A stretch of 64,000 bases of DNA from the IMG/VR virus record IMGVR_UViG_3300042988_001200, one strand, 5' to 3'. A program made the translations under genes and the position numbers. This DNA comes from a virus. Its lineage: Duplodnaviria > Caudoviricetes. The notes below the pieces were generated by a model. That model was given only the letters and a program-made list of their open reading frames with translations, searched no databases and was not told where the DNA came from. Below, one piece after another: positions 48,345 through 58,322 of this stretch; positions within the stretch are counted from its first letter, which is position 1, and every line of letters begins with the position of its first letter.

Positions 48345-48800
48345 CTAATGATAATTAAAGGATTCTATCCTTTTCTCTAATAGAAATAGACTATAGTCCT
48401 CATCAGAGGGATTAAGATTAACTACATCCTTTATATTATTTATAAGTAAACCATCTCTAAATCTATATTTAGTAATGCCAAGAAGGACTTTAGTATTAGG
48501 TAACTTAAGATTTATATAGTCATTATCTATTAGAATCTCTACTTTTCCTTCTAATAACTTATCGAGAGCATTAATGTCCTCTTCTCTAAATATAAGACTT
48601 ATTGTTTTATTTTTGTCTAATTCAATAAACTCATCTTTGTAATCTTTAATTAAAGTTCCTTTAATTACAAATTCTAATCTCTTACTTCTACTATTAAACT
48701 TCTTATCAGCTCTAATTCCTAATCCGTTTATATTACCTAACTTAATAATGTTGTTATCTGAATATCTCTTTACGGTTCTAATAAGCTGAACTTTAATCAT
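48345..48800 (-). CDS. Hypothetical protein
   Basis: 151-aa ORF; possible paralog of next gene. Confidence 0.55.
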   Translation of the reverse strand: MIKVQLIRTVKRYSDNNIIKLGNINGLGIRADKKFNSRSKRLEFVIKGTLIKDYKDEFIELDKNKTISLIFREEDINALDKLLEGKVEILIDNDYINLKLPNTKVLLGITKYRFRDGLLINNIKDVVNLNPSDEDYSLFLLEKRIESFNYH

Positions 48801-48801
48801 T

Positions 48802-49227
48802 TTAAATACATTTAAATGGTTCTATAGCTTTTAATAATCTAAGGGTTCTAATCTCCTCTTTTTGATTTATTAGTTCTTTTACTATACTAAGGGTCAAGTT
48901 ACTATAACTAATCTTAATACTAATAGTAAATATACCTACATCTTTTTCTTCTAAAATAACTCTATCATTAACTAAAAGAACCTTATTATTTTCAAATAGT
49001 AGACTTAAGTTTTCTTCTAATTGTCTTCTTTTATCTAGACTAGGAGTAAATATTAGACTAGGATTAGTAAAATATTGAATCTTTGGAGAGTAATATAGTC
49101 TAGATAGACTACTGTACTGTTCATAAATATAAGATTGCGTAGGTTCTATTTGAATATAACCTTCTAAAAGAATATATTTATTACTATAAGTATCACTTGT
49201 AATCCTATATTTAATCTCTTTATTCAT
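48802..49227 (-). CDS. Hypothetical protein
   Basis: 141-aa ORF. Confidence 0.55.
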   Translation of the reverse strand: MNKEIKYRITSDTYSNKYILLEGYIQIEPTQSYIYEQYSSLSRLYYSPKIQYFTNPSLIFTPSLDKRRQLEENLSLLFENNKVLLVNDRVILEEKDVGIFTISIKISYSNLTLSIVKELINQKEEIRTLRLLKAIEPFKCI

Positions 49228-49251
49228 TACAGTTCGACTCCTATATAAGAA

Positions 49252-49280
49252 ATATCCCTCTCATTAATAGAGAGGGATAT
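49252..49280. terminator. 11-bp hairpin
   Basis: ATATCCCTCTC-7nt-GAGAGGGATAT. Confidence 0.65.
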
Positions 49281-49285
49281 AACTA

Positions 49286-49414
49286 CTAACCACTATATTT
49301 TAAAGAACCTGGTTTAGTAAATCCACTAGAATCTTTACTTCTTTTAATGGTTAGTTCATATTCTTTAACTCTAGCTTCTAGAGTTTTCTTTACTTTTAAT
49401 ACTTTCTTATTCAT
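49286..49414 (-). CDS. 42-aa basic peptide; not in ORF track
   Basis: MNKKVLKVKKTLEARVKEYELTIKRSKDSSGFTKPGSLKYSG; overlaps upstream stop, followed by hairpin. Confidence 0.45.
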   Translation of the reverse strand: MNKKVLKVKKTLEARVKEYELTIKRSKDSSGFTKPGSLKYSG

Positions 49415-49721
49415 TGTAAGGTCCTCCATGTAGTTCAATAACACTTTCTATAACTTCTAAAGAAACATTTAAGTATACATTATCTTTAGACTTATATGGA
49501 TATAGCATAAAGCTAAAGGGGCCATTATAAATAACATTAGCTTTAAGATAATAAAAGTTCTCTAGATTCTTACTAGGATGGTTAAGATTCTTTTCTAGAG
49601 GATTAGCTTTTATTGTAATAGAAGTTCCATCCCGACATATAAACTCTGGATTACTCCAAGTAGTATAGTCTGTAAGTGAAGTATTATACTGTCTAGTTGT
49701 GTATAACCATTGTTTTAACAT
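49407..49721 (-). CDS. Hypothetical protein
   Basis: 104-aa ORF. Confidence 0.6.
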   Translation of the reverse strand: MLKQWLYTTRQYNTSLTDYTTWSNPEFICRDGTSITIKANPLEKNLNHPSKNLENFYYLKANVIYNGPFSFMLYPYKSKDNVYLNVSLEVIESVIELHGGPYNE

Positions 49722-49729
49722 ATATACCT

Positions 49730-49939
49730 CTATGAGAAATACTCATTATATAAATCTAAAAGAGCTTGTGGATTATATAAGTCTTGTCTAATATACCATT
49801 CATATGGAGACTTAGGATTAAATACTACTCCCTGAGCTCCTAGTAACTCACTCATACTCTGTCTCTCCTCTATAGTTTTAGATTGCTGTCGAAGAGTAAT
49901 TAGACTATCTACAATGGTTCTTAAATCAAATTGACTCAT
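49730..49939 (-). CDS. Hypothetical protein
   Basis: 69-aa ORF. Confidence 0.5.
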   Translation of the reverse strand: MSQFDLRTIVDSLITLRQQSKTIEERQSMSELLGAQGVVFNPKSPYEWYIRQDLYNPQALLDLYNEYFS

Positions 49940-50799
49940 TATCTTTTTAATAAATAAACGTATTTATCAGGGTTTTCTTCTTCTGGATTATATAGATATA
50001 TATCATTATCTATATAGATACTGTCAGTGGATTTGTATTTTAAGCTCTGAATATTTCTCCTTATTAACTCTTTATAATACTCTAATGCTAAACTATCATC
50101 ATTAATCTGGTCTATTTCTATATCTTTAAATATATACTTAACTCTTGAATCTAGATGTTTAAACCTAGTTATACATATAAGAGTTTCCTGTTTACTTATA
50201 TATTCGATTATAGATAGGACTTCTCTCTTATAATTACCCTTTCCTTCATATATAGAGACTAACCCAATGGGTCTTATCTTTAAGACTTCATTATAATTTA
50301 AATCCCCCTTTATTAATGTTTTATATAAACTTATATAATAAGCAGAGTTAATTATAGATAAAATACTGGGAAATATAGATAAGTTCCAATACTTATTTAT
50401 AATAATTAACTCATTACCTTTATATTTATACTCTATATACTCATCTTTAATAGGAGTAACAAAGTATTTAGGTATTATAAATACATTCTTTTCTATAGAT
50501 ATATATCTATAAAAGGGTTCTTTAATAGGATAGAAATTGTATTTATCTGTATATAAAACCTTATCTTTATAAGAGGCAATCCACTTAAGATTAAGGATAT
50601 CTATATAGTTAATATAATTATCTAAACTACTAACCTCTTTATAATCCTTTATACCCTTCCTATTTTCTTGTACTTTCTCATCTATAAAATGTAAGTATCT
50701 ACAACCTAAAGGGTCTAGTTCTAATCTATTATCTATGAAGTAATGGGTCTCATTCTCTACTTTAATTACATATAAGGAGGTGCTTCCTAGCTTATTCAT
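49939..50799 (-). CDS. NPEE-motif paralog family member
   Basis: C-terminal LYNPEEENPDKYVY. Confidence 0.7.
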   Translation of the reverse strand: MNKLGSTSLYVIKVENETHYFIDNRLELDPLGCRYLHFIDEKVQENRKGIKDYKEVSSLDNYINYIDILNLKWIASYKDKVLYTDKYNFYPIKEPFYRYISIEKNVFIIPKYFVTPIKDEYIEYKYKGNELIIINKYWNLSIFPSILSIINSAYYISLYKTLIKGDLNYNEVLKIRPIGLVSIYEGKGNYKREVLSIIEYISKQETLICITRFKHLDSRVKYIFKDIEIDQINDDSLALEYYKELIRRNIQSLKYKSTDSIYIDNDIYLYNPEEENPDKYVYLLKR

Positions 50800-50824
50800 A
50801 TATCTAATTAGTCATTAATCTAGT

Positions 50825-50848
50825 AGGGAGAGATGATTATCTCTCCCT
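50825..50848. terminator. Hairpin downstream of ileS
   Basis: AGGGAGAGAT-GATT-ATCTCTCCCT. Confidence 0.65.
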
Positions 50849-50856
50849 TAATGCTA

Positions 50857-53415
50857 TTAAGTCTCTAATTGTTTACATCTAGAACAGAGTTTAGTAGATT
50901 GATTATTAACAATAGTCTCATATAAATCCACCTTATTCCAACATCTAGGACATTTATTCTTCTCGCTTAAGGAGATTGAAAGTTCATTAATAGAGATAGA
51001 AAATAACAATTCACTTACTCCTAGATAGCAACTGATAAGTTCTTTAGAGAGGTTATCTAGAGATAAAGTCTGTACTAAATCAATAGGGAACTCTACCTTT
51101 AAATCTAGTTTAGACTTAGCCTCTTTATTAGTTTTATACCTTTCAAAGGTAAGATTCACTTCATCTCTAGTGGGGTTAAGAGTATTAAAATCATAGACTT
51201 GTTCTAGAAGATTAAATTCTACAGGGTTCTCTAGAAGGTTAGAGTCTAGATAAATACTAGTTTCATTTACTAGACTAGGACAAATGGGTTCTAATACTTT
51301 AATAAAACCCTGGAGTAAATAGAAAAGAACATATTGACATCCTACCCTTTCATTACTATTAATGCCATCAATATATAATCTATCCTTAGAAAGATTACTA
51401 TAAGAAGACATAATCCTCTTTAATTCTTGTATTGAATTGATAACTAAATGAAAGTTATAGTAGTTATACTCCTCATTACAGGACTTTAATTCTTCATTAA
51501 ACTGTTGAATAATGAAGTTATCTAGAGGAGTATAGAAACTAGAAGGATAATTAGAAGGTTTAAAGTCTTTAATATTACCCAGAATGAATTTAATAATGTT
51601 CCTAAAGTCATTATATAGAGACACCATTTGAGTTTCTACTGTCTCTGATAAGATAATATCTTTAGTGAAGTCTTGGTTTAGAACTAGTAATCTTAAGATA
51701 TCAGAGGAATAAGTCTTTAATAAATCTAGGGGATTAGTAACATTACCCTTAGATTTACTCATCTTATTACCCCTTTCATCTAGAGTAAATCCATGTACTA
51801 GTAGTTTAGAGAAGGGAATCTGTTCCTTTAGTGCATAGGTGATAATTAAAGATGATTGGAACCATCCTCTATATTGGTCTACTCCTTCAATAAAGATAGT
51901 TTCTAATGGAATAGATTCCTCTTTAGTTTGATATAAATAGACACATCCACTGTCAAACCATACATCTAAGACATCCTCTCCCTTATGACAATGGGGAATA
52001 TTAGTAAACTCTTCTACTGGTAAATCCCACCATAGGTCCATATAATCCTCTACTAAGTCTTTATACTCATTAATCTTAGATAGAAAACTATCAATAACCA
52101 TATGGACTTTACCCTTACTATCAATGACATAAGGAATGGGAATACCCCACTTCCTTTGTCTAGAAATACACCATTCCTCTCTAGAAGAGATAGTGTTGGA
52201 TAGAGCTTTCTTAGCTTGTAAAGGATGAAACTCTACATTCTCTAACTCTTTAATTACAGATTCCTTAATTGAATTGATATCTAAGAACCATTGAGCTGTG
52301 GGTCTAATGTATACAGGATTCTCGGTTCTCTCATCAAAGAAGGTTTTAATTACTTGTTTAGAACAATGCAAAATAGAATCATTATTAAGGATAATAAACT
52401 CTGATAATTCCTCTGGAGTATATTTAAAGTCTTCATATTCAATATAACCCCCTGTTTTATGGAATAAATCCTTTACTTCTAGACCATTAACTAAGCCTAA
52501 ATTATAATCATCAAACCCATGAGAGGGGTTAATATGAACAATACTTGTACCTACAGAGTCTGTAACTAGACTATTAGCCTCAATAACCTTACAAATATCT
52601 CCATTTAAATTAGTATAAGTATGGTATTTAGATAATAGTTCTGACCCCTTAACCTTCTCTAAAAGAATAGAATCCCCAAATAAATTATTAAATTCCTCAT
52701 AGAATTTAATATTAGAGATGTAATGAAGGTTCCCTCTAGAGTAAATATAATACTCAATCTCAGAGTTAATAGCTAGAGCTTTATTTCCTAATAAAGTCCA
52801 AGGAGTAGTAGTCCAAGCAATATAATAGATATTATCATTGGCTGTACTATTAACTTTGAACTTTACATATGCAGTATTAACTTCTACTTCCTTATAGATA
52901 ATCTCTGACTCAGCTAGTGCTGTCCTATTCTTAATACTCCAATAAGTAGGCTTATTACCTCTGTAGATTAATTCTTTATTGTATAACTCTTGGAGAATAC
53001 TTAGTTCATATAACTGGAACTCATTATCTAAAGTTCTATAAGTATTACTATAGTTAATCCCTAGTTTAGTTAAGGATTCCTTATGCTGCTCTACAGTTTT
53101 TAAAGCTAGTTGTCTACAGTTATTTCTAGTCTCTAAAGGATTAGCACTCCTCTTTACCTTTAACTCAATGGGTAATCCATGACAATCCCATCCAGCAATA
53201 AACTCTTTATATAAACTGTCCTGACCATTCCTTCTATTAATTACATCCTTAATAGTTTTATTAAGAAGATGACCCATATGAAGATTACCATTAGCATATG
53301 GGGGTCCATCAATGATTAATACAGACCCCTTTTTATTAGATTGGATAGAAGGGTTAAAATCATGCCCTTTATAATAACTAGGAAACTGAGTTTCTGGTTT
53401 TAGAATATTAAACAT
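50857..53415 (-). CDS. ileS: Isoleucyl-tRNA synthetase (type 1)
   Basis: DGPPYANG.LHMGH, GWDCHGLPIE, WTTTPWTL, WCISRQRKWG, DVWFDSG, EGVDQYRGWFQSS, KMSKS, C-terminal CPRCW...CSRC. Confidence 0.96.
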   Translation of the reverse strand: MFNILKPETQFPSYYKGHDFNPSIQSNKKGSVLIIDGPPYANGNLHMGHLLNKTIKDVINRRNGQDSLYKEFIAGWDCHGLPIELKVKRSANPLETRNNCRQLALKTVEQHKESLTKLGINYSNTYRTLDNEFQLYELSILQELYNKELIYRGNKPTYWSIKNRTALAESEIIYKEVEVNTAYVKFKVNSTANDNIYYIAWTTTPWTLLGNKALAINSEIEYYIYSRGNLHYISNIKFYEEFNNLFGDSILLEKVKGSELLSKYHTYTNLNGDICKVIEANSLVTDSVGTSIVHINPSHGFDDYNLGLVNGLEVKDLFHKTGGYIEYEDFKYTPEELSEFIILNNDSILHCSKQVIKTFFDERTENPVYIRPTAQWFLDINSIKESVIKELENVEFHPLQAKKALSNTISSREEWCISRQRKWGIPIPYVIDSKGKVHMVIDSFLSKINEYKDLVEDYMDLWWDLPVEEFTNIPHCHKGEDVLDVWFDSGCVYLYQTKEESIPLETIFIEGVDQYRGWFQSSLIITYALKEQIPFSKLLVHGFTLDERGNKMSKSKGNVTNPLDLLKTYSSDILRLLVLNQDFTKDIILSETVETQMVSLYNDFRNIIKFILGNIKDFKPSNYPSSFYTPLDNFIIQQFNEELKSCNEEYNYYNFHLVINSIQELKRIMSSYSNLSKDRLYIDGINSNERVGCQYVLFYLLQGFIKVLEPICPSLVNETSIYLDSNLLENPVEFNLLEQVYDFNTLNPTRDEVNLTFERYKTNKEAKSKLDLKVEFPIDLVQTLSLDNLSKELISCYLGVSELLFSISINELSISLSEKNKCPRCWNKVDLYETIVNNQSTKLCSRCKQLET

Positions 53416-53435
53416 CTATTTACCTCTAGATTAAT

Positions 53436-53930
53436 ATGCTTAACTCTCCCCCTCTTTATATACCCTATAAGGATATAATCATAGTCCAAAGAGAGGATTA
53501 TTACATTAATAGTTCTCCAGTTCTCCGTTTATTTAATAAAACATATGCCTCCTGGATTAAAACTAAGGACTACTCTTCCTATATAGAAGCTCTATCTTCT
53601 CTTATAGGTATAACTTCTTTATCTATACCCTCTAGTGAAGGACTCTGGATTCATCCTTGTCTATTTACTAAACTAGCTAAATGGCTATCACCCGCCTTTG
53701 AAGTGTTTATAGAGACTTCTATCCTATATCCCTTTAATAACATTAACTCTGTATATACTCTTAACTCTATATCCCAAGTAAACATCCTTATGGATTCCCT
53801 TAATGAAGATATAAGATTAAGTGTAAAGGATAAGGTTAGATATAAGTTAAAAGCTATAGAAAAGGTCTATCCTCATCTAACTAGAGCTATAGAATATCTA
53901 GAAAAGGAGTTTAGCTCTAATCTAACCTAA
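53436..53930 (+). CDS. KilA-N domain DNA-binding protein
   Basis: YINSS...F.K...W...GLWIHP.L...LAKWLSP.F. Confidence 0.85.
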   Translation: MLNSPPLYIPYKDIIIVQREDYYINSSPVLRLFNKTYASWIKTKDYSSYIEALSSLIGITSLSIPSSEGLWIHPCLFTKLAKWLSPAFEVFIETSILYPFNNINSVYTLNSISQVNILMDSLNEDIRLSVKDKVRYKLKAIEKVYPHLTRAIEYLEKEFSSNLT

Positions 53931-54484
53931 CTCCTTTTATAAATATAAACCATATCATATACACCACCCCATGTAGGTATAGATAATTCCTTATATAAGG
54001 ACCATTCTTTCTCTAGTAACTTAAAGAGGTTGTCCTCTCCTGTACAACCTCCGTTAGACTCTCCTATATAAATAAGAGTATCTCCTTTATAGTTCTTTAA
54101 AGAGTTATATGCCATTAGATTGTCATAAGGAGGCCAACATAGAAATAAAGTTCTATCATAATGCTGGGTTAATACTTCTTCCTCCCCTATATGAACCTCA
54201 TACCACTTACACTGGGATTGACTATTATAGTGAGGAGCTTTATCATAAGCAATGATATCCCCACCCATCTGGTCTATAAGATAACTCCAATAGCCTCCTC
54301 CAGCCCCCATTTCTACTAGAGGACTATATTCTAGTAATTCCTGAATAACCTCTTCTGTAGGTATAGCCCAGGAGTAAGAGAGAACGTATTCCTGTCTTTT
54401 ATTAAAGGACATGAAGCTATTAGTTATGGGAAATAACTTCTCTTCCTTTAATTTATCTAAGTATGGATTTAACAAATAATTCAC
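53927..54484 (-). CDS. Class I SAM-dependent methyltransferase-like protein
   Basis: SWAIP, LVEMGAGGGYW, IIAYD, LFLCWPP, YIGE. Confidence 0.7.
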   Translation of the reverse strand: MNYLLNPYLDKLKEEKLFPITNSFMSFNKRQEYVLSYSWAIPTEEVIQELLEYSPLVEMGAGGGYWSYLIDQMGGDIIAYDKAPHYNSQSQCKWYEVHIGEEEVLTQHYDRTLFLCWPPYDNLMAYNSLKNYKGDTLIYIGESNGGCTGEDNLFKLLEKEWSLYKELSIPTWGGVYDMVYIYKRS

Positions 54485-55581
54485 TCCTTATAAATATATC
54501 TAGTAGGGTCTTGCTCTTCTGGATTTATTAGAGTTAGGTTATCAATATACTTTATAGATTCTAAATCCTTATCAGCTCTTATATAATCAGGGTCTATACC
54601 ATTGATAAAGAAATCACCCTTCTCCTCTAGGAATATTCCTCTTTTATTAGGTTTAATCCATTCATAAATAGCAAAGTCTTTATAAATACTGGCTATTAGA
54701 GGTTTCATTGTAAAGACCATAAAAGTATTACTATCTTTACAATCCTCTCTAAGTCTGTTTCCTTTTATAGAATCTGTATAATTACCATATAATTTCTTTT
54801 TTAACTCCAATAGATAATAATTACTATCTAATCTTTGTAAGACTTTTACTTTACATATAGGATAGAAATTAAATAGATTGATAAATTCTTTATCTACTAA
54901 CTCTACTAGCTCTAATTTAATAATATAAAAAGAGGAGAATAAGTCCTTTACATCTACATATCTATAAAACACTTTATTTTCATTAATGTAATCTAAGCCT
55001 TCTAGAGAGGGTGATTTAATATAGAAACTTAAGGATAGATTCTTATTAACCTTAACAAATAACTTTATTTTCTTTATAGGTACTTCTAGAGAATGATTAT
55101 AAGCAGTCTTATTAGGTATATACTCTTTTATTACTATAGGTTCTTCTATTGTTTCATCACAATAATAAAGGTCCTCTTTTCTTCTAAGACTTTTAAAGAC
55201 ACCTTCTATCCCATAAAATATTGTTTTAAAGACTTCTTCTTCTATATCTTTAAAGAATCCTATGATACTACAGGATTTAAGAAAGGGAAACTTATTTCTA
55301 TAATACTCAACCCTTTCATTATAAATACCCTTATCCATATCATCCTCAATCTCTACAAAAGAATAAGGATTAAAAGTTCTTATTGCATAACAATCTTCTT
55401 CTATCTCTATACTTTCATTATTACTAAAACAAAAGAGGACTATCTCCTCTTTATAAACTAACTTATATACCTTTACTTTTAATATAGGTAAACTTGTCAT
55501 TTCTTTATAGAATAAATAATGAGTAAGGTTTTGTAAGTAATTATCTACAGAGGACTTTATTCTTCTTACTGCTTTACTCAT
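54481..55581 (-). CDS. NPEE-motif paralog family member
   Basis: LINPEEQDPTRYIY. Confidence 0.7.
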   Translation of the reverse strand: MSKAVRRIKSSVDNYLQNLTHYLFYKEMTSLPILKVKVYKLVYKEEIVLFCFSNNESIEIEEDCYAIRTFNPYSFVEIEDDMDKGIYNERVEYYRNKFPFLKSCSIIGFFKDIEEEVFKTIFYGIEGVFKSLRRKEDLYYCDETIEEPIVIKEYIPNKTAYNHSLEVPIKKIKLFVKVNKNLSLSFYIKSPSLEGLDYINENKVFYRYVDVKDLFSSFYIIKLELVELVDKEFINLFNFYPICKVKVLQRLDSNYYLLELKKKLYGNYTDSIKGNRLREDCKDSNTFMVFTMKPLIASIYKDFAIYEWIKPNKRGIFLEEKGDFFINGIDPDYIRADKDLESIKYIDNLTLINPEEQDPTRYIYKE

Positions 55582-55583
55582 AT

Positions 55584-55952
55584 TTAAATCCTATAATTCA
55601 TAACTTTATCTAATGAAATCCTATCTTTACTATTAGTAATACTAGTAAAATCTCCAATAATTAAATCAATAAACCACTACTATCTATTAGATTTAATAGC
55701 TCTTACTCTTCTCCATTCATCTACTTTTAGGAATTTATTAAGCTCTTCATAGAATAAATGAGCCTGGTTTAATAGTTCTCGGTCTGCTTTTTTAAGGGAA
55801 ACTTGCTGTTCTAATGTTAATAAACCCTTATTTTCATAGAGTAAATCCCTTACTTGAAGTAGATTAAAGTGTTCTACTCCACTCACTTCTGGATGATTAA
55901 TGCTAATAATATAGGTGTTAAGTAACTTATCTAAGTCTAATTTACTTCCCAT
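55584..55952 (-). pseudogene. Hypothetical gene interrupted by TAG TAG at 55677-55682; frame stays open 30 more codons
   Basis: ...KSNR*(TAG)*(TAG)WFIDLIIGD...YRI*; the extension fills the gap to 2 nt before the next ATG. Confidence 0.5.
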
Positions 55953-56997
55953 ATAAGTTTCTATTCTGATAATAATTTATATTTGGATACCTATAATGAT
56001 TAAAGAATTCCTCTCTATCTTTAATTCTATATATATAATTCTCTCTGTCTTCCTCTGGATTTATAATCTCGAACTGGTTAATATACTCTAATGGAATACA
56101 CTCTTTAGACTTTTCTGTGGATTTAGCTATTAGAACTAACTTATCTTCTTTAGTTAATAATTCTTCTTCCTTTCTATAATCATAGGAAGATAGGTAATCT
56201 GTACTAAGAAAAGAGGAGGTTTCATAGTTGTAATCCTCTTTATATCGTCTAAATAAGTCTATATACTGAGAGTTTGTAGATAAACAAAGGTCCTTTGCTT
56301 TTACTAATCCTTTGTCTTCATTGTAATAAGGATAGAAGATAACTACTTCTTTTTCTTTATATAACTTATTTCCTATATCTTTAAGAACTTTAAATCTACA
56401 TACAAACTCTAGTTTTAATAATTGAGAACCCTGGGAAGCTGAATCAATAGGTTCTATATATGAGTTATCTAAAAAGAAATTAGTATCAATATTAGAATAA
56501 ACCATACCTCTATCTGGGTAATGCAAATAGAGAAAAGAGTTATTTATTATATACTTAGCCCTAACTTTCTTTATAGGGAAAGAGAGTTTTCTACTCTTTA
56601 ACTTCTTTAAACCTACTTCTAGAATATTAATCCTATGGTCTATAGAATAGAATTTATTGTTTAAAAGACTCTCTAATCTATTGGAATATATAGGTTTATA
56701 ATTATCTATCTCTAATTTAGTAATATTAATACGGCATATAAGAATATATAACTCTGGACTAAACTCTTTGTTTAATTCTCCTAAGTCTAGATTAAGAGAG
56801 GATTTATATTCTAATTTCTGTATTTTAGATTCTAATAACTTAGTTAAACTCTTTAATAATTGTTCTAATAAAGCTAGATTATTAGTATCAATCTCTAAGT
56901 TATATCTCTTAACATAGAAATATAGATAACCCTTAAACTCTTTATAATAGACATTACCTTCTACATGTAAAGAAGTTAATACAATATTACTCATCAA
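55942..56997 (-). CDS. NPEE-motif paralog family member
   Basis: IINPEEDRENYIY. Confidence 0.7.
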   Translation of the reverse strand: MMSNIVLTSLHVEGNVYYKEFKGYLYFYVKRYNLEIDTNNLALLEQLLKSLTKLLESKIQKLEYKSSLNLDLGELNKEFSPELYILICRINITKLEIDNYKPIYSNRLESLLNNKFYSIDHRINILEVGLKKLKSRKLSFPIKKVRAKYIINNSFLYLHYPDRGMVYSNIDTNFFLDNSYIEPIDSASQGSQLLKLEFVCRFKVLKDIGNKLYKEKEVVIFYPYYNEDKGLVKAKDLCLSTNSQYIDLFRRYKEDYNYETSSFLSTDYLSSYDYRKEEELLTKEDKLVLIAKSTEKSKECIPLEYINQFEIINPEEDRENYIYRIKDREEFFNHYRYPNINYYQNRNLYGK

Positions 56998-57940
56998 TAA
57001 TTCTTCTATATAAGTATTTACTCTTATCTGGCTCTTCTGGATTTACAATTACAAAGTTATTACTTTTAGAAATATGCTCATAGCCTAGAAAATAGTTGCT
57101 TTTATCGTAGGGATAACTATGGTTTATATAGTCTATAACCTCCCAATCTTTTAGTAGTAAAGACTGAGAACTATGAATTAAATAGTCTGTATCAAAGTCT
57201 TTATAGATTTCTTGTATAACTTTATGAGAAAATATAACCTTAGTCTTACTATTAGTAATGACTATTTCTCCTATTATTCTTTCCTTAAGACTGTAATTAT
57301 ATCTATTACTCTTTGAAGTTTCATATAATAGAGTATTACAAAAAGGTACAAACTTAAATATACTCTTTAAACCAGACTCCTTCTTTTTTATTAAATTAAT
57401 ATTACTACTATGCAATAAATCTATTAGATTCTCATGGGATTTATCTTCTAATTTTATAAAAGGATAATCTAACCTAACTAACTTATTAACTAAATCCTCT
57501 TCTTTTACATATATAGATAAAGATTTATCTTTATTCTTAAAGATATAAAGATTTATATTACTTAGTTTCCTATCAGAATAAGTTATAATTCTAGCCTTTC
57601 CATTCTCTAGATTATGATTTTCATAGTCTATACCTATCTTATAATTAATACTATCTCTTGTATAAATTAAACTTTCATAGGTGTCTATAATAGTTTCACT
57701 TATTCTTTTAATGGTCTTAAAGCCTACTATATTAACATTTCCTAAATGATTTAATCTAGAACTATACTCTTCTTTATATCTATTAAATAGATTAATAGTA
57801 TTATCTTCTATAGTTTTGTAACCTTCCCATTTTGAATCCTTATCCTTTATATCTATATCTGGGTGTATAGGAGCAAAGTATACAAATAAATCATCAATTC
57901 TTATTACAACTATAGGAATACAATATTTAAATCCACTCAT
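56987..57940 (-). CDS. NPEE-motif paralog family member
   Basis: IVNPEEPDKSKYLY. Confidence 0.7.
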   Translation of the reverse strand: MSGFKYCIPIVVIRIDDLFVYFAPIHPDIDIKDKDSKWEGYKTIEDNTINLFNRYKEEYSSRLNHLGNVNIVGFKTIKRISETIIDTYESLIYTRDSINYKIGIDYENHNLENGKARIITYSDRKLSNINLYIFKNKDKSLSIYVKEEDLVNKLVRLDYPFIKLEDKSHENLIDLLHSSNINLIKKKESGLKSIFKFVPFCNTLLYETSKSNRYNYSLKERIIGEIVITNSKTKVIFSHKVIQEIYKDFDTDYLIHSSQSLLLKDWEVIDYINHSYPYDKSNYFLGYEHISKSNNFVIVNPEEPDKSKYLYRRIIDE

Positions 57941-58322
57941 GTTTAACTTTTTTCCATCGAAAGAATGTTACAACCTCACCCTCATCTATTGATAAAGATA
58001 CAGAGTTAAACTCCTGTTCCTCTATCTCTAAGTAGTAATCCCAGAAGATGTAATCCTTTAGTTGCTTAGTAGAAACAGAGGGTTTAGACTCATGGGAGTA
58101 ACCTAAATAGATTAATCTAGAGGGGTTAATTAATAGATTTAACTCCTCTTTTAACCCTCTAATAACTGCTTCTTCTGGAGTTTCATTATGTTCGATAGTC
58201 TCTGAGATGTTAGGAAACCTTCTATATCTGAACTTATTAGTGGACTTAACTAACTGTTTGGTTTGACAAAGAAGATTATCTTGGAACCTAACTTGAATTC
58301 TTACTACTTTATGAATGCTCAT
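57927..58322 (-). CDS. Nudix hydrolase-like protein
   Basis: SETIEHNETPEEAVIRGLKEELNL resembles a Nudix box. Confidence 0.6.
   Translation of the reverse strand: MSIHKVVRIQVRFQDNLLCQTKQLVKSTNKFRYRRFPNISETIEHNETPEEAVIRGLKEELNLLINPSRLIYLGYSHESKPSVSTKQLKDYIFWDYYLEIEEQEFNSVSLSIDEGEVVTFFRWKKVKHEWI

Noticed and set aside
49226-49245. GTTCGACTCC, resembling a tRNA T-loop
   Set aside because: Flanking bases do not form a T-stem, and no acceptor, D or anticodon arms are present. No tRNA was recognised anywhere in the window.
299-55461. Antisense or overlapping ORFs in the track (299, 2295, 6806, 7769, 12966, 13879, 21044, 23331, 23356, 26602, 27437, 32265, 37103, 37892, 40250, 43481, 45701, 55093)
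   Set aside because: Each lies opposite a longer, motif-bearing or operon-fitting gene and looks like a shadow frame.
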